DNA from: Octopus bimaculoides | Lineage: Eukaryota | Reading direction: 5' to 3' | Length of the DNA: 35,342 bases | Assembly: GCF_001194135.2 (NCBI RefSeq) | Contig: NC_069002.1 | Location: 3,720,989-3,756,330, forward strand | Shown here: positions 34,871 to 35,342 of the stretch, one piece after another | Position numbering within the stretch: position 1 is the first letter of the stretch | Layout: every line of letters starts with the position of its first letter | Notes under the pieces: model-generated | Seen by the model: the letters and a program-made list of their open reading frames with translations, nothing else | The model's database searches: none | What the model was told of the DNA's origin: nothing | Position numbers and translations under genes: made by a program

Positions 34871-35342
34871 TGTGTGTCTGTCTATATATATATATATGCT
34901 ACTTACGTATTTTTCACTTGTTGATGATGTCCTGTACTTGGTGTATTTTATATATATCGTCAGTGTATCATATATCCAAAAAAGAAATATACTCTAGGCA
35001 TAGAGCAGTAATGTATTTATAAGGAGTTAAGCTATTGACTGGGCAATAGTTTGACTACTTAGATACCCACCCACCTCACTTTGTTGCCTCATAACTTCCA
35101 GAAAAATGGATACTTTTTGACAAAGTGTTTAATAAATACCGCTTAGATGCTGTGGATTGAGAGTATAATAGAGATTTATGGGAAATAATTTTTTCGAGGG
35201 GGTGGGGAGAGGAGTTTCGAATCAAGAAGACCATATAAGTTGGAATGTCTCCGTTTTGACAGAGATTTCCCCAATTTTTTTTTCACCACAGTGCTTGAAA
35301 CGATTGCAGGGTGGGCAAAATAAGTTTTCAAAATTTTTTAAT

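Noticed and set aside
35305-35342. cagggtgggcaaaataag, a possible transposon TIR
   Set aside because: Truncated by the window edge; no partner TIR visible

Overview
Eukaryotic, AT-rich, microsatellite-rich genomic DNA with short N gaps. The SINE repertoire looks like an octopus (inferred from recalled repeat sequence, not verified). The window is dominated by one large minus-strand multi-exon gene encoding a SPAG17/PF6 orthologue (central-pair C1a projection protein of motile cilia and flagella). I traced 33 GT-AG coding exons from 33341 down to 2460 (5788 nt, about 1929 codons) with compatible splice phases and no stop codon. The start exon and the true last coding exon are unresolved. The introns hold tRNA-derived SINEs with swapped tails, a piggyBac-like TTAA MITE family, Tc1/mariner and hAT relics, and 3' fragments of RTE, R4/Dong-like and CRE-like non-LTR retrotransposons. 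The best unexplained signal is a ~280 bp CpG-rich island in the intron at 24511-24790 with clustered NRF1, ETS, YY1 and CCAAT motifs, which looks like a hidden promoter. I found no prokaryotic-type system, CRISPR array or true tRNA/rRNA gene.
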